Origin: Sinanaerobacter chloroacetimidivorans
GTDB lineage: Bacteria; Bacillota; Clostridia; Peptostreptococcales; Anaerovoracaceae
Direction: 5' to 3'
DNA: 64,000 nucleotides
Assembly: GCF_018128545.1 (NCBI RefSeq)
Contig: NZ_JAGSND010000001.1
Coordinates: 46,153 to 110,152 of the forward strand
The position numbers were made by a program, and so were the translations under genes. Below, in pieces: positions 29,798 to 41,851 of this stretch. Under the pieces are notes generated by a model. The model was not told where the DNA came from. It ran no database searches and saw only the letters and a list, made by a program, of their open reading frames with translations. Every line of letters starts with the position of its first letter. The first letter of the stretch is position 1.

Positions 29798-30310
29798 TTA
29801 TATCATAGCGGCTGCCTGATTCAATATCATGATGCTTTCCGACTTTACCGTTGCATTGGCATAGATCCCTTTTTCTGAGTATATGGCAGCTTTTTGAGAA
29901 TAAAGAGCTGCCTTCGGATAATCCCCGGAATGGAGGCATTCCTTCGATAGATTGAGGTACGCATAAGAAAAGATCGCGCAAAATTCATCATAGAATTGAG
30001 GAGGATATTCCTCTTCCAGCTCTAACAGTTTTCCGTAATTCTTTGCTGCCAGTAAGTTTTTGGCTTTATCAAGAACGGAAAGGGCATCGTCGCCTTGATC
30101 CGGCATAAATTGATCAGGCATCAGTTGAATTAAGGGCACGTCAAGAATCCTTGAGAGGTACGCAAGAGTTTTAATGGAGGGTGTGGCAGTACCGCTTTCA
30201 ATCTGGCTAAGCATATTTCTGGTAATAAAATTCCCGACCACTTCACTTTGCGTCATCTTCTTTGCAATTCTGGCTTCTTTTATTCTTTTTCCTAATTCAA
30301 CTGAATTCAT
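29798..30310 (-). CDS. XRE-family HTH transcriptional regulator with C-terminal TPR-like domain
   Basis: MNSVELGKRIKEARIAKKMTQSEV...LSQIESG is an HTH_3 domain. The C-terminal region is helical-repeat-like. ATG 30310 with SD AAGGTG. Confidence 0.6.
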   Translation of the reverse strand: MNSVELGKRIKEARIAKKMTQSEVVGNFITRNMLSQIESGTATPSIKTLAYLSRILDVPLIQLMPDQFMPDQGDDALSVLDKAKNLLAAKNYGKLLELEEEYPPQFYDEFCAIFSYAYLNLSKECLHSGDYPKAALYSQKAAIYSEKGIYANATVKSESIMILNQAAAMI

Positions 30311-30457
30311 ACTGACACCTTGCACTGTAAATATAATTTACGTATGATTGTAACAAAATCAATAGGGAAAATCAACTGTTTTTCATTTCTATTATGCCGG
30401 AAGAACGGGGGCGCTATACTGAATTGCTAAAATATAGAATTTTAGTAATAAAATGAA

Positions 30458-30486
30458 TTGACAGGACTGTTTCCTGCGGATATAAT
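30458..30486 (+). promoter_or_regulatory. consensus sigma-A promoter (TTGACA-17-TATAAT) for nfeD-floT
   Basis: TTGACA at 30458-30463, 17-nt spacer, TATAAT at 30481-30486. Confidence 0.55.
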
Positions 30487-30553
30487 GGTGAAGGTAAATG
30501 ATATTTACTATTTTTAATAACGTCTATGCTTGAACGAAGAAGGGGGAGATTGC

Positions 30554-31213
30554 ATGGTAGATTGGTGGAACGGGCTGGATCTTGTCTTAAAAATTCTCTA
30601 TTGTATTGCTATACCGGCAACCTTGATTTTAGTCATTCAGACTATTCTTTCGCTGCTTGGGGGCTTTGAGGGCGGCGCCGGGGTTGACTTTAGCGATACA
30701 TCTGGTATTGATTTCAATGGGGGTTCAGATATAGGTGAGATGGCAGATGCAGCTGATATGAGCGGAACTGATTTTTTAAGCGACGGAGGAAATCCGGCGG
30801 ACTTCTCTATCATGAGCATGCTTACGCTCCAGGGAATTGTAACCTTTCTTACCGTAATGGGTTGGACTTCTATTGTGGCAATCGCCTCCGGCACTCCTGG
30901 GTTTTTAAGTATTATAGTAGGTATTGTCCTTGGATTTTTCGCTATGTATGCTGCTGCCAGGATATTGCATGCATCCAGAAAGCTTACCGAAAACGGAACC
31001 TTAAATTTAAGTAATGCCATTGGCGAAACCGGGAGAGTGTATGTTCCGATTCCTTCCTCGGGCTCGGGGACAGGAAAGGTCACCCTGAATGCACAAGGAA
31101 GATACCTGGAATGTGACGCTTTAAATTATAGCGAAGAGGTACTTCCTACCGGTACGATGGTAAGAATTGTAGACGTTAGAAATGATATTCTCGTTGTAGA
31201 AGAAGATCAATAA
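30554..31213 (+). CDS. NfeD-family membrane protein (YuaF-like) partner of flotillin
   Basis: TM region plus a C-terminal OB-fold (GKVTLNAQGRYLECDA...VRIVDVRNDILVV). Immediately upstream of the flotillin gene. Confidence 0.7.
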   Translation: MVDWWNGLDLVLKILYCIAIPATLILVIQTILSLLGGFEGGAGVDFSDTSGIDFNGGSDIGEMADAADMSGTDFLSDGGNPADFSIMSMLTLQGIVTFLTVMGWTSIVAIASGTPGFLSIIVGIVLGFFAMYAAARILHASRKLTENGTLNLSNAIGETGRVYVPIPSSGSGTGKVTLNAQGRYLECDALNYSEEVLPTGTMVRIVDVRNDILVVEEDQ

Positions 31214-31232
31214 ATTATTTTGGAGGTATTAT

Positions 31233-32768
31233 ATGGGAATTCAAGTTTTAGTTGGGGTTTGTATCATTGCGGTTGTATTACTTGCTACGATTATTGTTAT
31301 TTTATCCCGTTATCGTAAGTGCCCGTCTGACAAGGTGTTGGTAATATACGGTAAAGTTGGTTCGGACAAAAACGGGCAGACAAAAAGTGCAAAATGTATT
31401 CACGGCGGAGCAGCTTTTATTATACCGGTGCTGCAGGCTTATCAATATATGGATCTGACGCCGATTTCCATCAGTGTGGATTTGAAGCAGGCACTTTCCA
31501 AACAGAACATACGTATTGACGTTCCTTCAAGATTTACCGTTTGCATTTCAACAGAAATGGGCGTGATGCAAAACGCTGCTGAAAGACTGCTGGGATTGAA
31601 ATTAAATGAAATCCAGGAGCTTGCAAAGGATATTATCTTCGGACAGCTTCGTCTGGTCATTGCAACCATGGATATTGAAGAAATCAATACTGACAGGGAT
31701 AAGTTCCTTTTAGCAGTATCAAATAACGTTGAGATAGAGTTGAAGAAAATCGGGCTTAGATTAATCAACGTAAATGTAACAGATATCAATGATGAATCAG
31801 GATACATAGAGGCGCTGGGTAAAGAAGCTGCCGCAAAAGCTATCAATGACGCAAAAAAAAGTGTAGCTGAAAAGAATCGTGATGGTGAAATCGGTCAGGC
31901 CAATGCCCATAAGGATCAACGTATTAAGGTGGCAGCCGCAGATGCCATGGCTATCGATGGTGAAAACACTGCGAAGATTGAAATCGCTCAGTCAGAAGCG
32001 AAACGTAGAGAGAAGGAAGCAGAAGCTTTGAAACTTGCTATGGCAGCGGAAGCTGTGCAAGCGGCAAGAGCCAAGCAGGAAGCCTATCTCGCTCAACAGG
32101 AAGCAGAAGCAACTCGTGCACAGCTTGAAAAAGCAACTCAGACAGCAGATGTTATCGTGACTGCTCAGATCATGAAGGAAAAGGCTGAAATTGCAGCAGA
32201 AGCAGAAGCAGAAGTCATGAGACGTAAAGCTCGAGGAGAAGCGGATGCGATATATGCTAAAATGGAGGCAGAAGCTCGCGGTGCTAAGGAAATGCTGGCA
32301 AAGCAGGCAGAAGGTATGAAAATGCTTGTGGATGCAGCTGGACAAAATGCGGATGCAGCTGTTAAACTGATTATTGCAGACAAAATAGAAGATCTTACAA
32401 GAATTCAGGTTGAAGCAATCAAGAATATTAAAATCGACAAGGTTACTGTTTGGGATTCCAACGGTTCTAATGATCAGGGAAAAACAGCCACAGCCAATTT
32501 TCTCTCCGGTATGCTGAAATCTATTCCACCGATGAATGAGCTGTTCCAGCAGGCTGGAATGGAGCTGCCGTCCTATTTAGGAAAAGATATTATTGAGGAT
32601 AAAAAGGCTGAAATCATTCCCGAAGAAATGCCGGAAAAGCAGCAATCAGAGGAACTGGAAATTGAAAACGCGAGTCAGCAAGCGGAACCAAAAGATGAAT
32701 TGAAAGAAGAACCAAAAATTGAGATCGTCTCTCAAGCTCGAAATGTGGTACGAAAGCCAACAAAATAA
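31233..32768 (+). CDS. floT: flotillin (SPFH/Band-7 domain; FloT/YuaG-like)
   Basis: 511 aa. N-terminal TM, an SPFH domain, and a long Ala/Glu-rich coiled-coil with EA repeats. Confidence 0.85.
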   Translation: MGIQVLVGVCIIAVVLLATIIVILSRYRKCPSDKVLVIYGKVGSDKNGQTKSAKCIHGGAAFIIPVLQAYQYMDLTPISISVDLKQALSKQNIRIDVPSRFTVCISTEMGVMQNAAERLLGLKLNEIQELAKDIIFGQLRLVIATMDIEEINTDRDKFLLAVSNNVEIELKKIGLRLINVNVTDINDESGYIEALGKEAAAKAINDAKKSVAEKNRDGEIGQANAHKDQRIKVAAADAMAIDGENTAKIEIAQSEAKRREKEAEALKLAMAAEAVQAARAKQEAYLAQQEAEATRAQLEKATQTADVIVTAQIMKEKAEIAAEAEAEVMRRKARGEADAIYAKMEAEARGAKEMLAKQAEGMKMLVDAAGQNADAAVKLIIADKIEDLTRIQVEAIKNIKIDKVTVWDSNGSNDQGKTATANFLSGMLKSIPPMNELFQQAGMELPSYLGKDIIEDKKAEIIPEEMPEKQQSEELEIENASQQAEPKDELKEEPKIEIVSQARNVVRKPTK

Positions 32769-32772
32769 CTGA

Positions 32773-34278
<1,506 letters not shown>

Positions 34279-34317
34279 GACAGCGGCTGCTGCAAACGAA
34301 GCGGGCTAGTATACAAA

Positions 34318-35370
34318 ATGAATTCAGACATCAAACAGTACAGCAATACGATACAAAAAGACAGGAACTATTTATTTGATAATATAAAGGCAATTCTTGT
34401 ATTTTCAGTGGTGCTCGCTCATTATTTGAGAGCGAGCGCCTCTTTTGAGGTATCTACTTTCGGGGGTGCCATTTATATTTTGTCGTTTTCCTATATCATG
34501 CAGGGATTTCTTTTTATTTCAGGTTATTTTTCAAAGAACCCTGAAAAGTGCAGAAAAACCGCTTTTCAAACCTTTCTTTTTCCTTATTTGGTTTTAATGC
34601 CTTTTATGTACTTTATCCGGTATATCGTCTTTGGTGATGCAAGTCTTGATATGACGGTACCTACCATGGCACTGTGGTATTTGCTGACCTTGTTCTTTTA
34701 TCGATTTTGCCTGATTTACCTTACACGCATCCCTTATGTCCTATGCCTGAGCTTTCTATTATCCATAGCGGCGGGCTGTATTTCTTTATTCAGCGTTACC
34801 CTATCCATAGGAAGAACACTTGGCTTCCTGCCGTTTTTTCTATTGGGGTATTTCTGTAATAAAGAAACGATAGAAAAAATCAGAAAAGTGCCGAAATGGT
34901 TTTCCGTGCTGATTCTTATTAGTTTGGTCATATTCAGCATCATAATGGCTCAGAAAAACCTGATTCCGTTGGAGTCCTGGTATTTTAAATCCTCCTATGG
35001 TTCCACTGGACTGACAAATTTCCAAGGGGTTCTGATTAGGATCTTATTATCCGTCATTGCGGTGGGATGGATTTTTATCTTCATCAATTTGATACCGCAT
35101 AAAAAGACGATATTGACCGGTATTGGGCAGAATACCATGACTGTCTATATTCTCCATATTATCATCCGATATGTTATCAAAGATTCCGGATTCTATTTCG
35201 GGCAGGACAGTTTCTCTTATTTGATTCTGATTCTTCTTTCTGTTGTGTCTGTCTGGGTGTTCTCAAGACCCATGGTTTCCGAAGCCTATCATACCATTAT
35301 GGACGGATTCTATGAGTGGATAATAAAGACTTTTCTTCAGAATGCCTATGAGAAAATAAAAGAACACTGA
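34318..35370 (+). CDS. acyltransferase family 3 (membrane O-acyltransferase)
   Basis: 350 aa, ~10 TM segments, N-terminal RNYLFDNIKAILVFSVVLAHY block of PF01757. Confidence 0.65.
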   Translation: MNSDIKQYSNTIQKDRNYLFDNIKAILVFSVVLAHYLRASASFEVSTFGGAIYILSFSYIMQGFLFISGYFSKNPEKCRKTAFQTFLFPYLVLMPFMYFIRYIVFGDASLDMTVPTMALWYLLTLFFYRFCLIYLTRIPYVLCLSFLLSIAAGCISLFSVTLSIGRTLGFLPFFLLGYFCNKETIEKIRKVPKWFSVLILISLVIFSIIMAQKNLIPLESWYFKSSYGSTGLTNFQGVLIRILLSVIAVGWIFIFINLIPHKKTILTGIGQNTMTVYILHIIIRYVIKDSGFYFGQDSFSYLILILLSVVSVWVFSRPMVSEAYHTIMDGFYEWIIKTFLQNAYEKIKEH

Positions 35371-35423
35371 TCAAGTAAGTCTAATGAGTTCGTTTACAAA
35401 CAAGGATCATCAAGTTGATGATC

Positions 35424-36047
35424 CTATATATGAAGCTTCATCTTTGCAAATTCCTGTATCATCTGTACCGCTCCATCGGTTGTAACGGCACTTGTTTTAA
35501 CAGACAGATCGTAATTCTCAGCAAGTCCCCATTTTCCGCCGGTATAATAATTGTAGTAAGATGCTCGTTTTCTATCGGTTTTCTGCATGGTTTCCTTTGC
35601 ATTTTTTTCCTGTACGCCGTAATATTGAACCATGCGATTTATCTTATCCTGAAAATCGGAGTGAATAAATACGTGTACGGTATTTTCCATATCTCTGAGG
35701 ATATAATCAGCACACCTGCCTACGATGACACAGGAGTTCTCCTGAGCCAGCTTCCTGATAATATCTGATTGTATCAGGAACAATTTGTCGTTCATCGGCA
35801 TATCAGTAAAGTTGGAAAGACGATTTCCAAAGAGGTTGATACCGGCCGAAGTGTTCCAGAAAACGCTGGAGGGGGCTTCGTCGGCATTTTCAAAAAGGTC
35901 CGGATCGATTCCGCTGTTTTCAGCAGCCAATTGAATCAGAGCCTTATCATAAAAAGGAATTTCAAAAAGCTCGGCAAGTTTTTTTCCTATATATCTGCCT
36001 CCACTTCCAAATTGTCTTGCAATGGTGATAATCACTTTCTGGGTCAT
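35424..36047 (-). CDS. cytidylate kinase-like family protein
   Basis: MTQKVIITIARQFGSGGRYIGKKLAELFEIPFYDK is the CMP-kinase-like family (PF13189 type), 207 aa. Confidence 0.7.
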   Translation of the reverse strand: MTQKVIITIARQFGSGGRYIGKKLAELFEIPFYDKALIQLAAENSGIDPDLFENADEAPSSVFWNTSAGINLFGNRLSNFTDMPMNDKLFLIQSDIIRKLAQENSCVIVGRCADYILRDMENTVHVFIHSDFQDKINRMVQYYGVQEKNAKETMQKTDRKRASYYNYYTGGKWGLAENYDLSVKTSAVTTDGAVQMIQEFAKMKLHI

Positions 36048-36160
36048 CCTTTGCCTCCTTCCGTTATATAAACAGGAAAAAAATTTATATTTATGTTTAG
36101 AATTATATCATAGTTGGTACATATATCCTATCGATAAGAAAATATTTTGGAGGTTTCCGT

Positions 36161-36958
36161 ATGATAGAGTTAAGCCCGATCATGCTGGCATTCATTGGTA
36201 CGATGGGTACCTTCATCGCAACTGCTTTAGGTTCTGCCGTGGTGTTTTTATTCCGCGGAGATGTAAAATTAGACGTCAGACGTACTTTTCTCGGATTTGC
36301 CGCAGGAATCATGATTGCGGCATCCTTTTGGTCCTTATTGCTTCCCGCTATAGATATGGCGGAGGCACAGGGGAAAATATGCTGGATTCCTGCAGCCGGC
36401 GGATTTCTCATTGGAGGGGTCTTTCTATTTCTGCTTGATAAGCTGCTGCCTCATCTTCATGTGGACAGTAAGGAACCGGAGGGACTGCATTCCACTTTAA
36501 AAAGGACTACTTTGCTGGTGTTGGCTGTTACCCTTCATAATATTCCCGAAGGTCTGGCTGTCGGCCTTGCTTTTGGAATGTCCGGGGAAGGGAATCCAAG
36601 CATGACGCTTGCTTCCGCCGTAGTTTTAGCTGTAGGAATAGGGCTGCAGAACTTCCCTGAAGGGGCTGCCATCTCCCTGCCTTTAAAGCAGGAAGGTCTG
36701 TCAAGAACAAAGGCCTTTTTGTACGGAGCCGCTTCGGGCATTGTGGAACCCATTGCCGGCGTATCGGGTGTTCTTCTTGCAGGCTCCATCGTCGGAATTA
36801 TGCCCTGGATGCTGGCGGCAGCAGCAGGAGCTATGATTTATGTTGTAGTGGAGGAGTTGATTCCCGAGGCACATTTGGGAGAACATTCCCATTCTGGAAC
36901 AGCCGGAGTTATGTTAGGCTTTCTTGTTATGATGATCCTGGATATCGCATTATCTTAA
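36161..36958 (+). CDS. zupT: ZIP-family metal (zinc) transporter
   Basis: 265 aa, 8 TM segments. HNIPEGLAVG and HNFPEG metal-binding motifs are characteristic of ZupT/GufA. Confidence 0.8.
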   Translation: MIELSPIMLAFIGTMGTFIATALGSAVVFLFRGDVKLDVRRTFLGFAAGIMIAASFWSLLLPAIDMAEAQGKICWIPAAGGFLIGGVFLFLLDKLLPHLHVDSKEPEGLHSTLKRTTLLVLAVTLHNIPEGLAVGLAFGMSGEGNPSMTLASAVVLAVGIGLQNFPEGAAISLPLKQEGLSRTKAFLYGAASGIVEPIAGVSGVLLAGSIVGIMPWMLAAAAGAMIYVVVEELIPEAHLGEHSHSGTAGVMLGFLVMMILDIALS

Positions 36959-36990
36959 TGTAATACAAAATATTTACAATTATTTTTTAA

Positions 36991-37026
36991 AACACTGTTG
37001 ACATTATTAAGCAACAGTGTTAAATT
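36991..37026 (+). promoter_or_regulatory. hrcA promoter (TTGACA-17-TAAATT) flanked by 9-bp inverted repeat AACACTGTT/AACAGTGTT
   Basis: TTGACA at 36998-37003, -10 TAAATT at 37021-37026. AACACTGTT (36991-36999) and AACAGTGTT (37013-37021) form a perfect 9-bp inverted repeat with 13-nt spacing. Confidence 0.5.
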
Positions 37027-37037
37027 AAAACTATGAT

Positions 37038-37064
37038 TTAGCACTCACCATGCAAGAGTGCTAA
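37038..37064 (+). promoter_or_regulatory. CIRCE operator (HrcA binding site)
   Basis: TTAGCACTC-N9-GAGTGCTAA, a perfect match to the CIRCE consensus, immediately upstream of hrcA. Confidence 0.95.
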
Positions 37065-37101
37065 CAACAGAAAATCGGATAATGTAAATAATATAGATAA
37101 A

Positions 37102-38163
37102 ATGGTGATGAAAATGGATCTGAGTGAAAGAAAATTAAGAATATTGCAGGCGATCGTAGGTGACTTTATTCGTTCTGCCGAACCTATCGGTTCAAGGACA
37201 CTTTCCAGAAAATATGATATGGGAATCAGTCCAGCCACCATTCGAAACGAGATGTCAGACTTGGAAGAGATGGGATTTCTGACCCATCCGCATACTTCTG
37301 CAGGACGTGTTCCTTCAGATAAAGCGTATCGATTGTATGTGGATAATTTAATGAAAAAATATGAGCTTCCGGAAGGCGAAAAAAAGATTATTGCTGACAA
37401 ACTGACCCGAAATGTAATAGAACTGGATAAAACCATTCAACATGCGGCCAGCCTGCTGTCAGAGCTGACAAATTTAACATCCTTTGCCATTACTCCCAAG
37501 CAGGATGAAAATAAGTTGAAATATGTAAACCTTTTGCCTGTAGATGAGTCTACCGTTGTTTTGATGATTGTTGCAGAAAGCGGCAAGGTATCCAATACAG
37601 CTGTTAAGATTAAGGTTCCGTATACAGAGGAGCATCTGACTCTGCTTTCTAAAGTCATGACCTACAATTATCGCGGAAAAACCTTAAGCAATATCCTTAC
37701 CGTGGATATTATCAAGAATTTTGAAACGGATATTGAGGCTATGAGCAGACTTGCGGAAAGTATCAGGCCGAACTTTGTCAACACTCTGGAAAATATGCTG
37801 AATGTGGATTTGTATCTGGATGGGCTCACCAATATCTTTTCCATCCCGGAATATAATGATATTGAGAAAGCAAAGCTGTTTCTGGAAATGATCAATCAGA
37901 AAAAACATTTTACCAATGTATTGGTAAACAGAGAAAATGGGGTAATCATAACAATAGGGAATGAAAATACGGACGATATCATGAGAGACTGCAGCCTTGT
38001 GACGGCAACCTATCACATAGATGGGAAACTGGTGGGCAAATTAGGAGTTATCGGGCCAACCAGAATGAAATATGATGAAGTGACCTCTATTATAGAATAT
38101 ATCACAGATAATTTGAGCCAGACTTTTAAATTAACGGGAGGAGAAGAAGAGAACGATGAGTAA
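37102..38163 (+). CDS. hrcA: heat-inducible transcription repressor HrcA
   Basis: LSERKLRILQAIVGDFIRSAEPIGSRTLSRKY..., 353 aa. CIRCE lies upstream and grpE-dnaK-dnaJ downstream. Confidence 0.9.
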   Translation: MVMKMDLSERKLRILQAIVGDFIRSAEPIGSRTLSRKYDMGISPATIRNEMSDLEEMGFLTHPHTSAGRVPSDKAYRLYVDNLMKKYELPEGEKKIIADKLTRNVIELDKTIQHAASLLSELTNLTSFAITPKQDENKLKYVNLLPVDESTVVLMIVAESGKVSNTAVKIKVPYTEEHLTLLSKVMTYNYRGKTLSNILTVDIIKNFETDIEAMSRLAESIRPNFVNTLENMLNVDLYLDGLTNIFSIPEYNDIEKAKLFLEMINQKKHFTNVLVNRENGVIITIGNENTDDIMRDCSLVTATYHIDGKLVGKLGVIGPTRMKYDEVTSIIEYITDNLSQTFKLTGGEEENDE

Positions 38164-38725
38164 AAACAAGACGGTTAACCAAGAACCCAATGCAGAGACT
38201 AACGGGTTCAAGACAAACGAGGCAGGTGAAGATTTGAAAGATTTTAATGAAAACGAAACTGGTGAGAACGTCAGCCAGGAAACGGATGGAAACGAAGAGA
38301 AGGAGACAAAGGAAGACGAGGAGCTGAACGTTCGATATTTACGTCTGGCTGCGGATTTTCAGAATTATAAACGAAGAGTTGAAAAAGAAAAAAACGACAT
38401 TTATGCATATGCTAACGAGAAAATCGTAGTAGAATTGCTTAATGTGATAGATAACTTTGAACGCGCACTGGATCACAGCAACGAAGGCGAAAGTTTTGCC
38501 GAAGGTATGAGCATGATATTCAAACAGCTTAAAGGGGTACTTGAAAAAAGCGGTGTAGAGGAGATTCAGGCCACAGGGGAATCTTTTGATCCCAATTTCC
38601 ACCATGCGGTATTAACAGAGAATTCTGAGGAGCATGAAGCTGGAACGGTAATACAGGTATTACAAAAGGGGTATCTGTTAAATAAAAAGGTGATCAGACC
38701 GGCTATGGTGAAAGTAGCCGAATAG
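38156..38725 (+). CDS. grpE: nucleotide exchange factor GrpE
   Basis: RLAADFQNYKRR...NFERALD motifs, acidic N-terminus. Confidence 0.9.
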   Translation: MSKNKTVNQEPNAETNGFKTNEAGEDLKDFNENETGENVSQETDGNEEKETKEDEELNVRYLRLAADFQNYKRRVEKEKNDIYAYANEKIVVELLNVIDNFERALDHSNEGESFAEGMSMIFKQLKGVLEKSGVEEIQATGESFDPNFHHAVLTENSEEHEAGTVIQVLQKGYLLNKKVIRPAMVKVAE

Positions 38726-38763
38726 ACTGGAATGAAAATATAAAACAATAGGAGGAATAAACA

Positions 38764-40629
38764 ATGGGAAAAGTTATAGGTATTGATTTAGGAACTACCA
38801 ATTCTTGCGTTGCCGTATTAGAAGGCGGCGAGCCGGTGGTTATCGCAAATGCTGAAGGAAATAGAACAACACCGTCAGTGGTTGGCTTTGCAAAAAATGG
38901 GGAAAGACTGGTTGGTGAAACTGCGAAAAGACAGGCTATCACGAATCCTGACAGAACAATTGCTTCCATTAAGAGACATATGGGAACAGATCATAAAGTG
39001 GAGATCGATGGAAAAAGCTATACTCCTCAGGACATTTCAGCCATGATTTTATCAAAGCTGAAGGCGGATGCTGAAAGCTATCTTGGAGAAAAAATAACGG
39101 AAGCTGTTATTACAGTACCTGCATACTTTACAGACAGCCAAAAACAGGCAACTAAGGATGCCGGAAAGATTGCGGGTCTGGAAGTAAAGAGAATTATCAA
39201 CGAACCGACAGCGGCTTCACTTGCTTACGGATTGGATAAGGATCAGGAGCATCATAAAATTTTGGTATATGACCTAGGCGGCGGTACTTTCGACGTATCT
39301 ATTCTTGAATTGGGAGACGGCGTATTTGAAGTACTTGCTACCAACGGCAACAACAAGCTGGGCGGAGACGACTTCGACGAAGTATTGATCAATTTTATTG
39401 CCGACAGCTTTGCAAAGGAAAACGGCGTTGATTTAAGAAAAGATAAAATGGCTCATCAGAGATTGAAGGAAGCCGCAGAAAAGGCAAAGAAGGAGCTTTC
39501 CAGTTCCCAGACAACAAACATCAATCTGCCTTTTATTACAGTAAATGCAGATGGACCATTACATCTGAATATGGATATTACCAGAGCAAAATTTGACCAG
39601 CTTACATCCGGTCTTGTGGAAAAGACCATAGAACCAATGAGAAAAGCCATGGCAGATGCCGGCGTAACCAACAATGATATTGCGAAGGTTATTCTGGTAG
39701 GTGGTTCCACAAGAATTCCTGCAGTACAGGAAGCAGTAAAGAGAGTCACCGGGAAAGAACCGTTCAAAGGGATCAATCCGGACGAATGCGTAGCCATCGG
39801 TGCGGCTGTACAGGCGGGTGTTTTGACAGGGGAAGTAAAGGATGTATTGCTCCTTGACGTAACTCCACTGTCACTCTCCATCGAAACCTTAGGCGGAGTT
39901 GCAACAAAACTGATTGAAAGAAATACAACCATTCCGACAAAGAAGAGCCAGATCTTCTCAACGGCTGCAGACAATCAAACTGCTGTTGACATCCATGTTA
40001 TGCAGGGTGAAAGAGAAATGGCAGCAGGTAATATCACCCTTGGAAGATTCCAGCTTTCCGGAATTCCACCTGCACCTCGTGGTATTCCTCAGATCGAGGT
40101 TACCTTCGATATCGACGCAAACGGCATTGTTAACGTAAGTGCAAAAGATATAGGAACCGGTAAAGAACAAAGAATTACCATTACTTCTTCCACAAAGCTT
40201 TCCGATGATGAAATCAAGCAGAAAATTAAGGAAGCTGAGATGTATGCAGAGGAAGACAAGAAGAAGAAGGAAGAAATAGATATTAGAAACAGAGCGGAAA
40301 CACTTGTCTATGAAACAGAGAAATCCTTGAAGGAAATTGAAGCCAACCTGAGCGAGGATGAAAAATCCAAAATTACACAGGCAAAGGAAGCACTTGCTGC
40401 AGCACTGGAAGGAACAAACATTGAAGAGATCAAAGAAAAGACCGAAACCTTGACCAATGAGTTCCATACCATTTCTGCCAAGATGTATCAACAGGCGCAG
40501 CAGGCACAAGGCGGTGCTGCAGGATTTGATCCAAACAGCATGGGCGGCGGTGCCGGAGCCGATCAATCAGAACCGACACCTGACAATGTAGTAGATGCCG
40601 ACTATGAGGTGGTTGACGAAAACAAATAA
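38764..40629 (+). CDS. dnaK: molecular chaperone DnaK (Hsp70)
   Basis: [13 protein letters not shown]...[12 protein letters not shown]...[11 protein letters not shown] are Hsp70 signatures. 621 aa. Confidence 0.95.
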   Translation: MGKVIGIDLGTTNSCVAVLEGGEPVVIANAEGNRTTPSVVGFAKNGERLVGETAKRQAITNPDRTIASIKRHMGTDHKVEIDGKSYTPQDISAMILSKLKADAESYLGEKITEAVITVPAYFTDSQKQATKDAGKIAGLEVKRIINEPTAASLAYGLDKDQEHHKILVYDLGGGTFDVSILELGDGVFEVLATNGNNKLGGDDFDEVLINFIADSFAKENGVDLRKDKMAHQRLKEAAEKAKKELSSSQTTNINLPFITVNADGPLHLNMDITRAKFDQLTSGLVEKTIEPMRKAMADAGVTNNDIAKVILVGGSTRIPAVQEAVKRVTGKEPFKGINPDECVAIGAAVQAGVLTGEVKDVLLLDVTPLSLSIETLGGVATKLIERNTTIPTKKSQIFSTAADNQTAVDIHVMQGEREMAAGNITLGRFQLSGIPPAPRGIPQIEVTFDIDANGIVNVSAKDIGTGKEQRITITSSTKLSDDEIKQKIKEAEMYAEEDKKKKEEIDIRNRAETLVYETEKSLKEIEANLSEDEKSKITQAKEALAAALEGTNIEEIKEKTETLTNEFHTISAKMYQQAQQAQGGAAGFDPNSMGGGAGADQSEPTPDNVVDADYEVVDENK

Positions 40630-40699
40630 AAGAAGTATAATTTTGCGGTACGCCCTTTCGGGAGCGTACCGCAAAAACAGTTAAGGAGAGGGTGCAGTA

Positions 40700-41848
40700 A
40701 TGGCAGAAAAAAGAGATTTTTACGAGGTCCTTGGATTACAAAAGGGAGCTTCAGATGATGAAATTAAAAAAGCGTTTCGTAAAAAGGCAATGGAATTTCA
40801 TCCTGACCGCAACCCGGGTGACAAGACCGCAGAGGAAAAATTTAAAGAAGTAAACGAAGCATACAGTATTCTTTCTGACCCTCAGAAAAAGGATAAATAC
40901 GATAGATTTGGCCACGCTGGTGTAGATCCCAATGCCGGATTCGGCGGAGGAGGCTTCGGCGGGGGCTTTGGCGGAGGCTTTGAAGATATTTTTGGTGACC
41001 TTTTTGGCGGTATGTTCGGCGGAGGTTTCAACCAGGCCGGAGCCAGACGAAGAAATGGCCCGAGAAAAGGTCAGGACTTACAGAAAAATATCAGCATAAC
41101 CTTTGAAGAAGCAGCATTTGGAACGAAAAAACAAATTCAGATCAATAAATATGTTACCTGTGAAAGCTGTGATGGAAGCGGTGCTGAAAAGGGTTCTCAA
41201 AAGGTGACCTGTACAAAATGTAATGGAAGCGGAGAAATCCGAACGACTCAAAGGACACCTTTCGGACAGTTTACCAACGTTCAGCCTTGTGATAAATGCG
41301 GCGGAGCCGGAGAAGTGATTGAAAAGCCCTGCAGTACCTGCAGCGGAACCGGCAAGATCAGAAAAACCGTTACCATTTCGGTGGATATTCCTGCAGGCGT
41401 TGACAATGATTCTGTTATCTCCATTAAAGGTCAGGGAGAGCCGGGAACCAACGGTGGGCCAAATGGAGATCTGTACGTAGTGATATCCGTACAGCCTCAT
41501 AAACTATTTACAAGAAGAGGAACCGATCTGTGGTTGGAAATGCCAATCACATTCAGCCAGGCTGCTCTAGGTGATGAAATCATTGTACCGACCCTGAAGG
41601 ATAAGGTTTCCTATAAAATTCCTGCAGGAACTCAGCCGGAGACAGTGTTCAGGCTAAAGGGAAAAGGCGTTCAGGCACTTCGCTCATCAAAGGTAGGAGA
41701 TCTATACATCAAAGTGATTCTGGAGGTTCCGACCAAGCTTACCGGTGAGCAGAAGAAGCTCATCAGCAAATTGGGCGAATCCTTGAATACTGAGGGTTAT
41801 ACAAAGAAAAGTAAGTTTATGGACGCCATGAAGGAGATATTTAAATAA
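40700..41848 (+). CDS. dnaJ: molecular chaperone DnaJ
   Basis: J-domain with HPDRN, a G/F-rich region, four CxxCxGxG zinc-finger repeats. Confidence 0.95.
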   Translation: MAEKRDFYEVLGLQKGASDDEIKKAFRKKAMEFHPDRNPGDKTAEEKFKEVNEAYSILSDPQKKDKYDRFGHAGVDPNAGFGGGGFGGGFGGGFEDIFGDLFGGMFGGGFNQAGARRRNGPRKGQDLQKNISITFEEAAFGTKKQIQINKYVTCESCDGSGAEKGSQKVTCTKCNGSGEIRTTQRTPFGQFTNVQPCDKCGGAGEVIEKPCSTCSGTGKIRKTVTISVDIPAGVDNDSVISIKGQGEPGTNGGPNGDLYVVISVQPHKLFTRRGTDLWLEMPITFSQAALGDEIIVPTLKDKVSYKIPAGTQPETVFRLKGKGVQALRSSKVGDLYIKVILEVPTKLTGEQKKLISKLGESLNTEGYTKKSKFMDAMKEIFK

Positions 41849-41851
41849 ATT

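Noticed and set aside
30530-30553. TTG start at 30530 for the NfeD gene, and the 14453 start for the histidine kinase
   Set aside because: Internal ATGs (30554 and 14498) have much better SD spacing. The longer N-termini add no recognisable signal. The alternatives are retained as notes only.
38339-40566. Multiple antisense ORFs (60-200 aa) opposite grpE, dnaK and dnaJ
   Set aside because: Typical shadow ORFs of highly expressed genes, with no RBS and low-complexity translations. The sense-strand chaperone genes are unambiguous.
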